DNA from: an uncultured Subdoligranulum sp.
GTDB lineage: Bacteria > Bacillota > Clostridia > Oscillospirales > Ruminococcaceae
DNA length: 64,000 bases
NCBI GenBank assembly: GCA_945830575.1
Contig: CALZZE010000014.1
Coordinates: forward strand, 117-64,116
Reading direction: 5' to 3'
This document shows, one piece after another, positions 28,601 through 37,951 of this stretch (its first letter is position 1; each line of letters opens with the position of its first letter). The notes beneath the pieces were generated by a model. It ran no database searches. It was not told the DNA's origin and saw nothing but the letters and a program-made list of their open reading frames with translations. The translations under genes and the position numbers were made by a program.

Positions 28601-30210
28601 GTCTGCCACCTCTTCCGGAAGTGCTGCCTTATCAAATGGCGGATACAAAAGCGAAACAAAACATTGAGGTGGGCGTGGGCTTGTATGATGACCCGGACAA
28701 CCAGTATCAGGGCAAGGTAGTTCTTGATCTCACTGCGAGCAATACGATGATTATCGGTTCTTCCCAATATGGAAAAACCAATCTTCTGGAAGTTCTTCTC
28801 CGGGGATTACAGGAACGGTATACACCTCAGCAAGTGAATGTTTACATCCTGGATTTTGGCTCCATGATTCTAAAAAATTTTGAGAGATCTCAGCTTGTTG
28901 GTGGTGTGGCCTGTGCCTCTGAAGATGAGAAAGTCAAAAACCTCTTCAGACTGATCATGCGCTGCCTTGCAGAACGTAAAGAGAAACTGTCTAAGGTAGG
29001 AGTCAGTTCCTTCGCTTCTTATCTGGAAGCCGGTTATACGGATATGCCGCAGATTGTAATCATGGTCGACAATTTTGTAGGACTGAGAGAACTGTACCTG
29101 TCCGACGATGATGTCTTACTTCCGATTTGCCGGGATGGACTATCTTACGGTATCAGCGTTATTATGACAACATTGCAGAGTTCAGGCGTTGGTTATCGGT
29201 ATATGAGCAACTTCGCACAGAAAGTGGTTTTGTACTGCAATGACAGCGGGGAATACTCCTCGGTTTTCGACAGATGCCGTATGCAGCCAAGCAATGTTCC
29301 GGGACGCGGATTGATTGAATTGGATAAGACAGTTTATGAGTTCCAGTCATATTTGTGTTATGAAGCAGACAGAGAAATTGAAAGAGTCAAGGCAATCCGA
29401 GAGGAAATTGCCGGTGCAAACCGTCGTTTTGGTGAGATGAAGGCAAAACCTATTCCAGAAATTCCGACCGTTCTTGATATGGCCTATGTGCAGCAGAACT
29501 TCAATGAGCAACGAGAACCATATCGTATTCCTATTGCCATGGATTATGAATCTGTGGAATGGGTTATGCTGGATCTGCGCAGGATTTCTACAATTTGTGT
29601 CACTGGACGCGAAAGGTTTGGGAAAACCAACTTCTTGAAACTGGTGATGAATCACTTACAGAACAATCTGTTTGATGAGCCTTCAGAAGTTTTCATATTT
29701 GACGATTACCGCCGTCAGCTTGCAGATTTCACGAAATATGGCATGGTTGAAAAATATACGGTGGATCGAAGCGAATTGGATATTGTGCTGGACCAGATAG
29801 AAGCTGAATTGAAAGAACGCCAGAAAATGGTTCGGGATGGACTCGACATTCAGGATGAGCCATTGCTTCTGTGTGTGCTTCAGGATGAGGATATTCTTAC
29901 AGCGGATGGGCTTAAGAAAGCGCAGGCGGACATCATTCGGCGTATTGTAAAAAATTATGGAAAACTGAAAGTATGCTTTATCTTTGCGGAGGTGGAAAAT
30001 GCGGCTTTCGGATACAGCGCACCGGAAGGAATCAAGCTGGCAAGAGAAAGTGCCTTCACCATTTTGTTTGATGATTTGGCAAATCTCAAACTTGTGGATG
30101 CGGGGACTGCGAATATCCGCAAGTTCAAGAAACCAGTTTCGTTGGGAGATGCGTATCTGATTACAGATAAGAATGTTATCAAGCAGAAAGTAATTCATGC
30201 AGAAGAATGA
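25663..30210 (+). CDS. essC: Type VII secretion ATPase EssC
   Basis: N-terminal FHA-like region, TM hairpin, three P-loop domains (GTTGSGKS with IIVDEF, GSSQYGKT, GRERFGKT), RSLGVHLILATQKP. Confidence 0.95.
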   Translation: MDMQYKAILANKTIYKEIPLPANATTVSVGTAPGVDVRLSKNLFFEQFELLFTNEGSDWVVTCSPNVYISAGSSSKLPQKQLVHGDELQVKYHSTDVEMVSMSIMVDFDEVDQDFFRAIDLKDHTKVMIGGANQCDIRITDKEVANDLVALTAQGQGWQLEEVRSNYGVYVNGTRIQRKALLRNHDFFALDKYKFFVRGSRLYTTEAPEIQVHGLAQRLEKPSSNSLAYPKFNRTTRMKTKPNTEEITVLDPPEMPQKPQESLVATLLPALAMLVVTVVIRGMMSSTSSSFVLLSVCTMGIGIVTSIANYISNKKKYKKEVEERRKKFTSYIDQKKQFIDTARQEELRDLEQMYYSDMQDAKHIMEFSDKLFDRTASDDDFVEVYLGKGSRTSLRQIKYKEQEKIEVVDDLAQVPEKIKEDYKELEGAPVTLALSKYDAVGVVGSYRQNFQMLKNMTMDLASRHYYTDLHLYYICSEEHAAEIRWARWLPHTENAALGIRNIVCDTASRNLIFEQLFVQLSAEKERNSKNDTVQERSVLFVLDDMGINQHPISQYIRNCKEKGVTFVFFSSCPEYIPQNCGALIRMGENNGEAELIQSDDSQNVQKFVYDVLPDALVEQACLKLAPVYCDEVSLEGSLTKNYSFFQMMNIFGPEDLDLQKNWDSANIKKTMRAPLGINAKKETVYLDLHEKAHGPHGLVAGTTGSGKSEILQSYILSMAIHYHPYEVGFLIIDFKGGGMANQFRNLPHMLGAITNIDGKEIDRSLKSIKAELQKRQRLFAEYDVNKIDDYIEKFKQGQTKIALPHLIIIVDEFAELKADQPEFMKELISAARIGRSLGVHLILATQKPSGQVNEQIWSNSKFKLCLKVQNQEDSKEVIKSPLAAEIREPGRAYLQVGNNEIFELFQSAYSGGPSKADENVAEHEFSLQECNLWGKRDVIYRKTKNKTGEEGRGQTQLDVVVGYVESYCETSNIQKLANICLPPLPEVLPYQMADTKAKQNIEVGVGLYDDPDNQYQGKVVLDLTASNTMIIGSSQYGKTNLLEVLLRGLQERYTPQQVNVYILDFGSMILKNFERSQLVGGVACASEDEKVKNLFRLIMRCLAERKEKLSKVGVSSFASYLEAGYTDMPQIVIMVDNFVGLRELYLSDDDVLLPICRDGLSYGISVIMTTLQSSGVGYRYMSNFAQKVVLYCNDSGEYSSVFDRCRMQPSNVPGRGLIELDKTVYEFQSYLCYEADREIERVKAIREEIAGANRRFGEMKAKPIPEIPTVLDMAYVQQNFNEQREPYRIPIAMDYESVEWVMLDLRRISTICVTGRERFGKTNFLKLVMNHLQNNLFDEPSEVFIFDDYRRQLADFTKYGMVEKYTVDRSELDIVLDQIEAELKERQKMVRDGLDIQDEPLLLCVLQDEDILTADGLKKAQADIIRRIVKNYGKLKVCFIFAEVENAAFGYSAPEGIKLARESAFTILFDDLANLKLVDAGTANIRKFKKPVSLGDAYLITDKNVIKQKVIHAEE

Positions 30211-30221
30211 GGGTGCATGTT

Positions 30222-30542
30222 ATGGCGGACAACTCTACGGCCAGTGCTGGTGCACATGTGGATTATCTGGACAGTTCCGGCTTTGATGAAGCAATAAAAG
30301 CTTTTGAAACGGCCTGCAACAAGTACAAGGATATCAAATCGTCGGTAGAAAGAGAAACGGCATCTCTTCTTTCCGTTTGGGAAGGTGAGGGTGCAGCCCA
30401 GTTTGAAAAAGACTACAGACTGATTTATCAACAACTGGATGATATTTTGGATTTGATGTATGACCTTTATAACGGATTGATTGAGGCTCAGGCCGCCTAT
30501 CTGAAAACTGATCAGGAACTGTCCAAACAATATACTGCATAA
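30222..30542 (+). CDS. WXG100-family protein
   Basis: About 106 aa, helical, central WEG motif; follows essC. Confidence 0.85.
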   Translation: MADNSTASAGAHVDYLDSSGFDEAIKAFETACNKYKDIKSSVERETASLLSVWEGEGAAQFEKDYRLIYQQLDDILDLMYDLYNGLIEAQAAYLKTDQELSKQYTA

Positions 30543-30556
30543 AGGAGGACCGTTCC

Positions 30557-31024
30557 ATGAGCAAACAAACGGCAGCGATAAAAGCGAAAATTAATGCGGT
30601 AAAAAGAGAAAAGAGTGCGGCAGAGAAGGAACTTCGAAAACAGAAACAGAGACTGAAAGAAGTTCAGGAACTGGAGAATGGAATTCAGGATGTCTCCAGC
30701 AGTCATTGTTCAATATTCAATAACAACCTGTATCAGGGTACAGGTCAAATGTGTTCTTTGATTGAATGGACTGGAATTCGGAATAAAGCGTTCGAAATCG
30801 AATCGACACAGAAGGAAAAAGACCTCTGGAGCGATCCGTTGCTGGAGAATGCGGAGGACAGCCTGAGACAGGAGCGCAATGAAGTGCAGCGGAAAATCAA
30901 TGAGCTTGAACAGAAAATCGTGTCTTTGGAACGGGACATTGAGAATCTCCAACGTTCGCTCAAGTGTGCAGAGCAAAAGGAGCAGGAAGAAAAGCTTGCG
31001 ATGCAAAAGCAGGTAAAAGCTTGA
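30557..31024 (+). CDS. Coiled-coil WXG100-like / effector-partner protein (DUF5082-like)
   Basis: AAGGAGG RBS; helical hairpin with central EWTG. Confidence 0.6.
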   Translation: MSKQTAAIKAKINAVKREKSAAEKELRKQKQRLKEVQELENGIQDVSSSHCSIFNNNLYQGTGQMCSLIEWTGIRNKAFEIESTQKEKDLWSDPLLENAEDSLRQERNEVQRKINELEQKIVSLERDIENLQRSLKCAEQKEQEEKLAMQKQVKA

Positions 31025-31049
31025 TTCTGAGAGAGAGGGGGGATCCAGA

Positions 31050-32738
31050 ATGGGATCCATTACGATCAATTACAACCAGTTGGAAACCACAAAACGTTAT
31101 TTCAGGAATTGCTCGAATACAGCAGATAATTATGCAAAGGATCTGACGAGGAAGTACTCAAATAAAGCAAACCGGATTACGGGGGGAAGTTCCTTCAACC
31201 TCTCCCAAGCAGGCTATTATGTGGATCGGAAAATCCGGGAACTGGATGACAAGTCAATAAACTTCAAGCAGTTTTCCCAAAAAAATGATAGCTTTTGTGG
31301 TGTTGCCAAACGTGTAGACCGTGAAGTGAAACAATCGATTGAGGTCCGGCAGCATGACTACATGAATACCCATGACATGCATGTGTCGCCCTGGCTTGAA
31401 AGAATCATCAATTGGTGGGTTGATCTGGAGAACAGCAATCCCTTTTTCGCGGCTATCGGTGATGTGATCAATAATATTCAGGCTGGTTTTGCGAGCCTGA
31501 AGGAAGAGATCCGATACTGGTACAACTGCGCAGGTGGCCGTCAGGTACTCGATACGATCGGTGCAGTAATCGTGGCCGTGGGCGCTGTTGTGGGCGCTGT
31601 TGTGGCAGTTCTTGCCGTGCTTGCGGCATCGGGAGTCTGGGCAACCATAGCGGCAGTTTGTGGTGTTGTCCTTGCCGTTATTGCGGCTGTGGACGCTGGA
31701 GTGAATCTGGCTAACACGGTTCGACAAAACGAAGCGTTTGCAAATGGGGATAAAGCGTGGGCTAGTATTTATGGCGGGCTTGACAAGTTCAGCGACTGGG
31801 TTAAGTTTACCAATTTTGGGTCGGCAGAAGAAAATCAACGCTGGGGACGAGTGGCGTTTGCTGTAGAAGTCACGCGGTTTGTGTGCGAATGCGTAAAGAT
31901 CATTGACGGCTTTGTACAGTTGAGCGCGAAACTGGCAAATGTTCATCAATACTTAAAGAGCAACGGAGGTTTTTCGGGAATCTGGAAAGGAAAACATCTG
32001 CAGGACGGACAAATAGTTAATACCATTGTAGTCAATAAGGATGGGACCTATGGGAATGCTCCGACCGGATTGAAGGGGATTCTGAATATCTGGAAAGACG
32101 GAACGGCAAATATGCCCGACAAGATCCGGAAAGGATTCCAGTTTACGGATGAACTGAAAACCTGGAAAAACATCAAAAAAGTCACAGATGGTACGAAGTC
32201 GGTCCATTCGTATCTGACGACATTATTTGATTTCGGTGCAGGTATTACCGCCGCAAAGGGAATTTACGAATTAACAAAAAAGTATGGAGCCGGTTTCACA
32301 GGCACGATTGATAAAACGGGTCTGATTCAAACAACATCCGAAGACCTCATAAAGTTCAAGTGGAGCAAAGAAGTTTTTGGAAAAAGCGTGATTGGTAAAT
32401 TTGAAAAATTAAAAAAGTATCCTAATTCGTATTCGACTATGGTCAATGTGTCGGAAATAAAAAACTCAATTAAAGTACCAGCCGTGAATTCCGTCATGCC
32501 ACAAGCAGTAAGAGTTACACTGCCCAAACTGCCAGACTATTCGAATATTGCAGTAAAATTCCCGGAACTGGAACACCGATACAACTTTAGACTGAATCCT
32601 ATTGAACCTGGAAGAGGACTGATTCCTGCCATAACAATACCGCACATCCCATCCATTGATGTGAAACCAATTGCTCCGCTCCGCCCGGCATCACACTTTT
32701 CTTTCCCGGCAGAAATGCTGGCAGGAGGCTTGACATGA
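31050..32738 (+). CDS. Putative T7SS effector (helical N-terminus, hydrophobic core, unknown C-terminus)
   Basis: MGSITINYNQL resembles WXG/LXG N-termini; long Gly/Ala/Val hydrophobic stretch at about aa 170-220; follows two WXG-like genes. Confidence 0.6.
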   Translation: MGSITINYNQLETTKRYFRNCSNTADNYAKDLTRKYSNKANRITGGSSFNLSQAGYYVDRKIRELDDKSINFKQFSQKNDSFCGVAKRVDREVKQSIEVRQHDYMNTHDMHVSPWLERIINWWVDLENSNPFFAAIGDVINNIQAGFASLKEEIRYWYNCAGGRQVLDTIGAVIVAVGAVVGAVVAVLAVLAASGVWATIAAVCGVVLAVIAAVDAGVNLANTVRQNEAFANGDKAWASIYGGLDKFSDWVKFTNFGSAEENQRWGRVAFAVEVTRFVCECVKIIDGFVQLSAKLANVHQYLKSNGGFSGIWKGKHLQDGQIVNTIVVNKDGTYGNAPTGLKGILNIWKDGTANMPDKIRKGFQFTDELKTWKNIKKVTDGTKSVHSYLTTLFDFGAGITAAKGIYELTKKYGAGFTGTIDKTGLIQTTSEDLIKFKWSKEVFGKSVIGKFEKLKKYPNSYSTMVNVSEIKNSIKVPAVNSVMPQAVRVTLPKLPDYSNIAVKFPELEHRYNFRLNPIEPGRGLIPAITIPHIPSIDVKPIAPLRPASHFSFPAEMLAGGLT

Positions 32739-33361
32739 GAAAATACTTTACGGTGGATGAAAAGCAGTATCAGTCTCTGGCAAAGCAATGGTTGAAACGC
32801 TCCCCCGAAATGAAGAAGTGGAAATGGATCAGCCGGATGTTTTACATCGGCGCGGTTGCCGCGTTCTTCTGGATGGTGTGGTACCTTTTTCCGTCATCTA
32901 CGCAAGACACAATGATCGTGGTCATGAGTGTGGTGATGGGCCTCCTTGCGGCTCTGGTTGTCGCATGTGTCGGGGTGGTTGTTTCTAAAAGCGGAGTCTC
33001 TGTTTTGGGCGGTCAGGCATATTATATGTCGCAGATGCAGTTGTGTTACGATGAAGAAAATCTGATTCTGGCATATCACCCCTATCTCGACAGGTCTGAC
33101 CTTACCAGTATTGGTGTTAACACGGTCCCTTTCTCAAAAATTGAATCCGTAGAAATAGAAAAAGATACGTCTCTGGTTACAATCAATGGTTCGTGTACCT
33201 TTGACCTGTACAGAACCGTCGCAGGGCAATCGGTGAGGATGGAAGAATCAGACAGAAAATACAAAAAATGGTCCAGTCTCCGATTCTTTATGGCGATTCA
33301 GGAAAAGGCGGCGTTCTATCAAATGTTACAGGAACATAGAATTCCGATCAAAGAAATGTGA
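32735..33361 (+). CDS. Two-TM membrane protein, candidate immunity protein
   Basis: ATGA overlap with the effector gene; two TM helices followed by a soluble beta-rich domain. Confidence 0.55.
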   Translation: MRKYFTVDEKQYQSLAKQWLKRSPEMKKWKWISRMFYIGAVAAFFWMVWYLFPSSTQDTMIVVMSVVMGLLAALVVACVGVVVSKSGVSVLGGQAYYMSQMQLCYDEENLILAYHPYLDRSDLTSIGVNTVPFSKIESVEIEKDTSLVTINGSCTFDLYRTVAGQSVRMEESDRKYKKWSSLRFFMAIQEKAAFYQMLQEHRIPIKEM

Positions 33362-33370
33362 GGTGTGACA

Positions 33371-34720
33371 ATGGATCAGATAGAGTGTCAGGAATATCTT
33401 ACCCGGGCACAGGTTTTGATGCAGCAGGGCCAGTATGAAGCGGCACTGGAACAGCTGGATGGTGCGGAACAAAGCAACCGGATGGAACAGGATGTTTATC
33501 TGAGCAAGGGTATTTGTTATGCAAATCTGGATCAGATTCAGCAGGCAGAGGAGCAGTTCCGGAAAGCGCTGAAACTCAATCGGAAAAATGGCCTTGCGAT
33601 GTTCCACCTTGGAAACATCTATATGATGACAGGACGCAGCCAGGATGGCCTTGAAATGTATAACAACGCCATCGGATGCGGTTACAAGGATCCACAGATT
33701 TTCTTTACCTTGGGACTTTACTTTGAAGAAGAAGATAATGTGGAGATGGCACTCCGCAATTATGCGAAAGCCTATCAGACAGAGCCGACCCGTGCGGATG
33801 CACGCATCCGCCGTATTTCCCTTTTGCTGAGAACTGGACAGCTTGAAGCCGCCTTGCAGGCGATTGACGAGATGATCGTATTTTGTCCGGATGTATTTGA
33901 AGGATATCATGCTCGTTTCATGGTCCTTATGCAGATGGGGAATCTGGAAGAGGCGGAAAAAACAATCAAAAGTGCCATGGAGATGTTTCCCAGCGATGTG
34001 GGATTTGCAACGGACTATATAAAGCTGCTGCTTGCTCAGGGAAAGTCCCAGGAGGCAACTGCCTATATCGAGGACGTACAGCAAAGGATGGAATTCAGCG
34101 ACCCGGAAAAAGCTGAATTGGAATTGGAGAAAGCGCAGATTGCCTCTGAAAAAAATGATTTGGAGGGAACGATCGCATCGCTTACGAAAGCAAAACAACT
34201 TTCCGGTAAAGAAAATGTGGAGCTGACGCAAAAAGCGGAGTTCCTTTTGGCAAACTGCTATATGGCCAAATCCCAGTGGGAACAGGCGCTTGCGGAATTA
34301 AGGCTTGTCAAAAGTGATACTTACAAAAGTGAATTCAGTGCGGCTGTTTTATATATGGAGCCGCTGGTGCTTAAGCAAATGGGCAGTCAAGAGGAGGCTG
34401 TAAAACAATATCGGGAAGCAATCAAGACACTTCGGGCTTTGTCCATGGCGAATCCGGGACAAATCGACTACACGATTTACCGCATCTTCTGCCACCGAGA
34501 TATTGGTGAAACCGAAAAGGCATTGGATTTGTGTGATTATCTGGGAAAAATTGCCGGAAACATCGCAGAGGTTCATACGGCAAGAGCAACTGTCTTACGG
34601 GTAATGGGCCGAAACGAAGAAGCAGCAGAAGAAGAAAAGATTGCAGCCCAATTAGGCGGAGTCAGTCAGGAAATCTCTGAAAAGTTGAACCAAAAACAGG
34701 CAGGGAATGAAAATGGGTAA
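33371..34720 (+). CDS. Tetratricopeptide-repeat protein
   Basis: Repeated TPR patterns (GQYEAAL, YLSKGICY, FHLGNIY, AIGCG); GAGGT RBS favours ATG 33371. Confidence 0.9.
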   Translation: MDQIECQEYLTRAQVLMQQGQYEAALEQLDGAEQSNRMEQDVYLSKGICYANLDQIQQAEEQFRKALKLNRKNGLAMFHLGNIYMMTGRSQDGLEMYNNAIGCGYKDPQIFFTLGLYFEEEDNVEMALRNYAKAYQTEPTRADARIRRISLLLRTGQLEAALQAIDEMIVFCPDVFEGYHARFMVLMQMGNLEEAEKTIKSAMEMFPSDVGFATDYIKLLLAQGKSQEATAYIEDVQQRMEFSDPEKAELELEKAQIASEKNDLEGTIASLTKAKQLSGKENVELTQKAEFLLANCYMAKSQWEQALAELRLVKSDTYKSEFSAAVLYMEPLVLKQMGSQEEAVKQYREAIKTLRALSMANPGQIDYTIYRIFCHRDIGETEKALDLCDYLGKIAGNIAEVHTARATVLRVMGRNEEAAEEEKIAAQLGGVSQEISEKLNQKQAGNENG

Positions 34721-35006
34721 CCGTCTTATTGTGAATCAGGAAGCGCTTGCGCAGGCAAGTCGTACATATCATACAGCGGCATCAGATATGACAATAGTAT
34801 GTACTGATTTGGAGAAAGCGCTTGCGGACCTGAGACAGAAATGGAAAAGCACAGGCAGTCAGGAGTTTTTCAAGGAATTCGATGACACATGGAAGACAAA
34901 CATGAGCAAGTACACTTCTGTGATAAACCATATGTCAGAGAATGTCGTGGATGCAAATCACAGGTATCAGGAAATTTTTGATGAGGCATACCGGCTACGT
35001 TTGTAA
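34707..35006 (+). CDS. WXG100-family protein
   Basis: 99 aa; LIVNQEALAQAS start; central WKSTG (variant WXG). Confidence 0.75.
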   Translation: MKMGNRLIVNQEALAQASRTYHTAASDMTIVCTDLEKALADLRQKWKSTGSQEFFKEFDDTWKTNMSKYTSVINHMSENVVDANHRYQEIFDEAYRLRL

Positions 35007-35125
35007 TTCTGATTTCGGTGTGAAAGAACTCAGCAAAGAATCCCGGGAACCGGGGAAATTGATGCTATCGCCGGACAAAAGCAATTGTTCGGTGTGTAGA
35101 CAATATATTTTGGAGGTAAATCATT

Positions 35126-35425
35126 ATGGCTATGCAAATCAGAATGACTCCGGATGAGCTTCGCGCTGCTGCGGATTTTATCATGGAGCGCAAGGACGCG
35201 ATTGCTCAGGAGGTCGCTTCCTTGAAGGGAAAGATTGATGAAGTGACGGGTAATTGGGAAGGCGCTGCGCAGAGTTCCTTTATTGAAACGTTTGAATCGC
35301 AGCTTTACCCGATTCTGAATGAGACTGCTCCTCAGGTGATGGAAGGGCTGTCTGCGCAGCTCAAGGGCGGCGCGGATGCCATCGAGCAGGCTGACGAAGA
35401 GGTTGCGAAGGCCTTCCGTGGTTAA
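35126..35425 (+). CDS. esxA: WXG100 protein, EsxA-like
   Basis: QIRMTPDELRAAA...NWEGAAQSSF...ADAIEQADEEVA; GGAGGT RBS; followed by a terminator. Confidence 0.88.
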   Translation: MAMQIRMTPDELRAAADFIMERKDAIAQEVASLKGKIDEVTGNWEGAAQSSFIETFESQLYPILNETAPQVMEGLSAQLKGGADAIEQADEEVAKAFRG

Positions 35426-35457
35426 TCAGACAACACAGTGCGTGTATTGAAATGAAT

Positions 35458-35503
35458 AAAACCGGGGGCGCTTCGCCTTGCGGGAACGCCCCCGGTCATT
35501 TTT
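35458..35503 (+). terminator. Intrinsic terminator after esxA
   Basis: ACCGGGGGCG...CGCCCCCGGT followed by CATTTTT. Confidence 0.65.
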
Positions 35504-35519
35504 CAAAAGGAACAGGTTT

Positions 35520-36035
35520 ATGATAAACGAAAAGCAAACCGTACGAAGTAAACAACTGGTTCAGGCTGAGAGAAAAAATAAAACCATCGCGGTGATGATA
35601 AACCTGTTGTCAATCCTGATGGGGTTGACGGTTGTAATAAACTTTATTTTCGGAAACAGAGACTTTACGCAATTGCTTACAGGGGGTATTGTGGCCCTTA
35701 TGCTTGCAGAATTTGCACGGAAAATGACGGGTCATCCGCATTATGAACCGTGTTTGGCCGATATCTGGATTGAGAATGATTCCATTTGTTTATGTTATCA
35801 AGAGCAGGGAAACGGGCAGACAAAGACAATTCGTATACCAAAAGAGCAACTCGTTTCGGTGGAATATAGTGATCAGTTACAGTGTTTCCGATTCGGGTTT
35901 AGAAACAAGATTGGTGGCAGTTCAAATGGAAACAGTCATTTGTTCTATATTTTAGATGGGCAACAAGAGCGTGTTGAAGGAATAATCCAGGAAGTATTTC
36001 AAGGCGCTATTCAATATATGGATCGGAATCCATAA
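35520..36035 (+). CDS. Two-TM membrane protein
   Basis: Two hydrophobic helices and a C-terminal beta-rich domain; same layout as 32735-33361. Confidence 0.6.
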   Translation: MINEKQTVRSKQLVQAERKNKTIAVMINLLSILMGLTVVINFIFGNRDFTQLLTGGIVALMLAEFARKMTGHPHYEPCLADIWIENDSICLCYQEQGNGQTKTIRIPKEQLVSVEYSDQLQCFRFGFRNKIGGSSNGNSHLFYILDGQQERVEGIIQEVFQGAIQYMDRNP

Positions 36036-36061
36036 TACAATGGTTAAAAACGGGGATTCTT

Positions 36062-37177
36062 ATGACACTTTTTAAGCAGACGTTGGGTGGAAATCTTCGC
36101 TATAAGGTTGAAGACGATTGCATGCTGTCTCAGTTTGAGTTATACAGGCTGAAATCTATGCCGTCAAACAATTTGATAGAGGTGGAGCAGTCCAAAGCTG
36201 GAGAGGTCAGTTACACGATTTCAGGAATGAGTGTGCTTTCGACGGAACTGCGTGTAGGAATCACAGAATCTCGAATGGCGGAAATCGTGAAGCAAACGAT
36301 GGAAGTCGCCGATCATATTCGAGTTCTGGGATTGTCGGAACACAGAATCATTTTATCTCCGAATTATGTTTATGTGGATGGCAAAACCAAATCCTTAAGG
36401 TTTTTGTACCTTCCGGTCAATGGTCAATTATTAGGATATGACCTCTTGTTATTCGTAAAGGACATTATTTTGCAGTCGAAACTCGACGGACCTGTTCGAA
36501 TGAAATGGGATGCATGGTCGAGTCGATTACATTCTGATGGGAATTATACAAAGTATGTTCAGTCTATGCCGCTTATTGCGGTACAGGGAAATTCTGCAAT
36601 ACCAGATGACCCCAAAACGGTTATGGAAGATGGGGTAGACCCGTTGTTTCAGGACTGGCAGGGAGCTCCACAGGGCAGTGATACGAGGAACTTCTGGCCG
36701 GAGGAGCCGCCTACTACAAACGATGGAGAAAGTGTTTTGTCCGATTTCCCGGATTATGCCAGCGATGGCATGGACGACGATGAAGCCCCCACGGGTTTGT
36801 CCGACGACCAGAAATTCGATGCGATGGACAAGTCTGACGGTACATTTTTTGAATCCATGAGCGAGAGTGCCAGCAATATGGTGCGGGCAAGACTGATTCC
36901 TTTGGCTGGCGGAAACCCTGTTGAAATCACCAACAACAGCTTCAAGCTGGGCCGCAGTCGGCAGCGTGCAGATTACTGCATCGAAAACAACAGCATCAGC
37001 AACGTTCATGCAACCATTCTGCGGACGGGAAACCAGTTCTCGTTGAAGGACAACCATTCCACAAACAGTACTTATGTGGATGGAGTCAAGGTTGACCCGG
37101 ATGGAGCAGGAGCTCCGCTGACCAACGGCAGTGTGATACGGCTGTGGAAGCTGGAGTATCGGTTTGTGATTTTGTGA
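36062..37177 (+). CDS. FHA-domain protein (DUF6382-like N-terminus, acidic linker, FHA)
   Basis: FKLGRSRQRADY...ISNVHA...LKDNHSTNSTYVDG FHA motifs. Confidence 0.85.
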   Translation: MTLFKQTLGGNLRYKVEDDCMLSQFELYRLKSMPSNNLIEVEQSKAGEVSYTISGMSVLSTELRVGITESRMAEIVKQTMEVADHIRVLGLSEHRIILSPNYVYVDGKTKSLRFLYLPVNGQLLGYDLLLFVKDIILQSKLDGPVRMKWDAWSSRLHSDGNYTKYVQSMPLIAVQGNSAIPDDPKTVMEDGVDPLFQDWQGAPQGSDTRNFWPEEPPTTNDGESVLSDFPDYASDGMDDDEAPTGLSDDQKFDAMDKSDGTFFESMSESASNMVRARLIPLAGGNPVEITNNSFKLGRSRQRADYCIENNSISNVHATILRTGNQFSLKDNHSTNSTYVDGVKVDPDGAGAPLTNGSVIRLWKLEYRFVIL

Positions 37178-37188
37178 CTGGTGAAGCT

Positions 37189-37950
37189 ATGAATTATACA
37201 ATGAGTGCCGCAACCAATGTGGGTTCGGCAAGACCGACCAATCAGGACGGTGTAATTGTTCAGTATGCGGTAAAGGAATCCCACACATTCCTTTTGGCGG
37301 CCGTCTGTGATGGCATGGGCGGCCTTGAAGATGGAGAGGTTGCCAGCGCAACGGTGACCCTTGCGCTGAAGCAATGGTTTGACCGGAAATGTGCTGAGGA
37401 GTCTGTTCGGGATATTCACTCTCTGATGAATGACCTTGCAGATACACTGGGAACGCTCAATGAGCACCTCAAAGAATATGAAGTGCAGAGACGGACGCTG
37501 ATTGGAACGACATTGTCCTGCCTGCTGGCACTGGACGATGCCTGTGGCATATTTCATATTGGAGACAGCCGGATTTATCGAATTGATACGGCACTCTGTC
37601 AACTGACAACAGACCACACAGTCGTGGCCCGTGCCGTGGCGGAAGGTACAATGACAATGGAAGAGGCTGCGGTCAGTGCGGACCGCAGCAAGCTGACCCA
37701 GTGCTTTGGCGCGTCCAAACGATATGAGCCGGAGATTTTCTTTGATTCCGTGAAGCCAAACACCACGTTTTTGATTTGCAGCGATGGATTCCGGCACCGG
37801 CTGACAGAACAGGAATTGCAGATGAGGTTCAGCCCTTCTGCGCTACAGGGAGAACAGCGGATGCAGTTCCTTTGCGACCAAGCCATTCAGGACGTGATGC
37901 GCCGTGGTGAGAAGGATAATATTTCGGTTGTATTAGTCAAAGCAGATTGA
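37189..37950 (+). CDS. PP2C-family Ser/Thr phosphatase
   Basis: TNQD, AVCDGMGG, HIGDSRIY, LICSDG, DNIS. Confidence 0.92.
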   Translation: MNYTMSAATNVGSARPTNQDGVIVQYAVKESHTFLLAAVCDGMGGLEDGEVASATVTLALKQWFDRKCAEESVRDIHSLMNDLADTLGTLNEHLKEYEVQRRTLIGTTLSCLLALDDACGIFHIGDSRIYRIDTALCQLTTDHTVVARAVAEGTMTMEEAAVSADRSKLTQCFGASKRYEPEIFFDSVKPNTTFLICSDGFRHRLTEQELQMRFSPSALQGEQRMQFLCDQAIQDVMRRGEKDNISVVLVKAD

Positions 37951-37951
37951 G

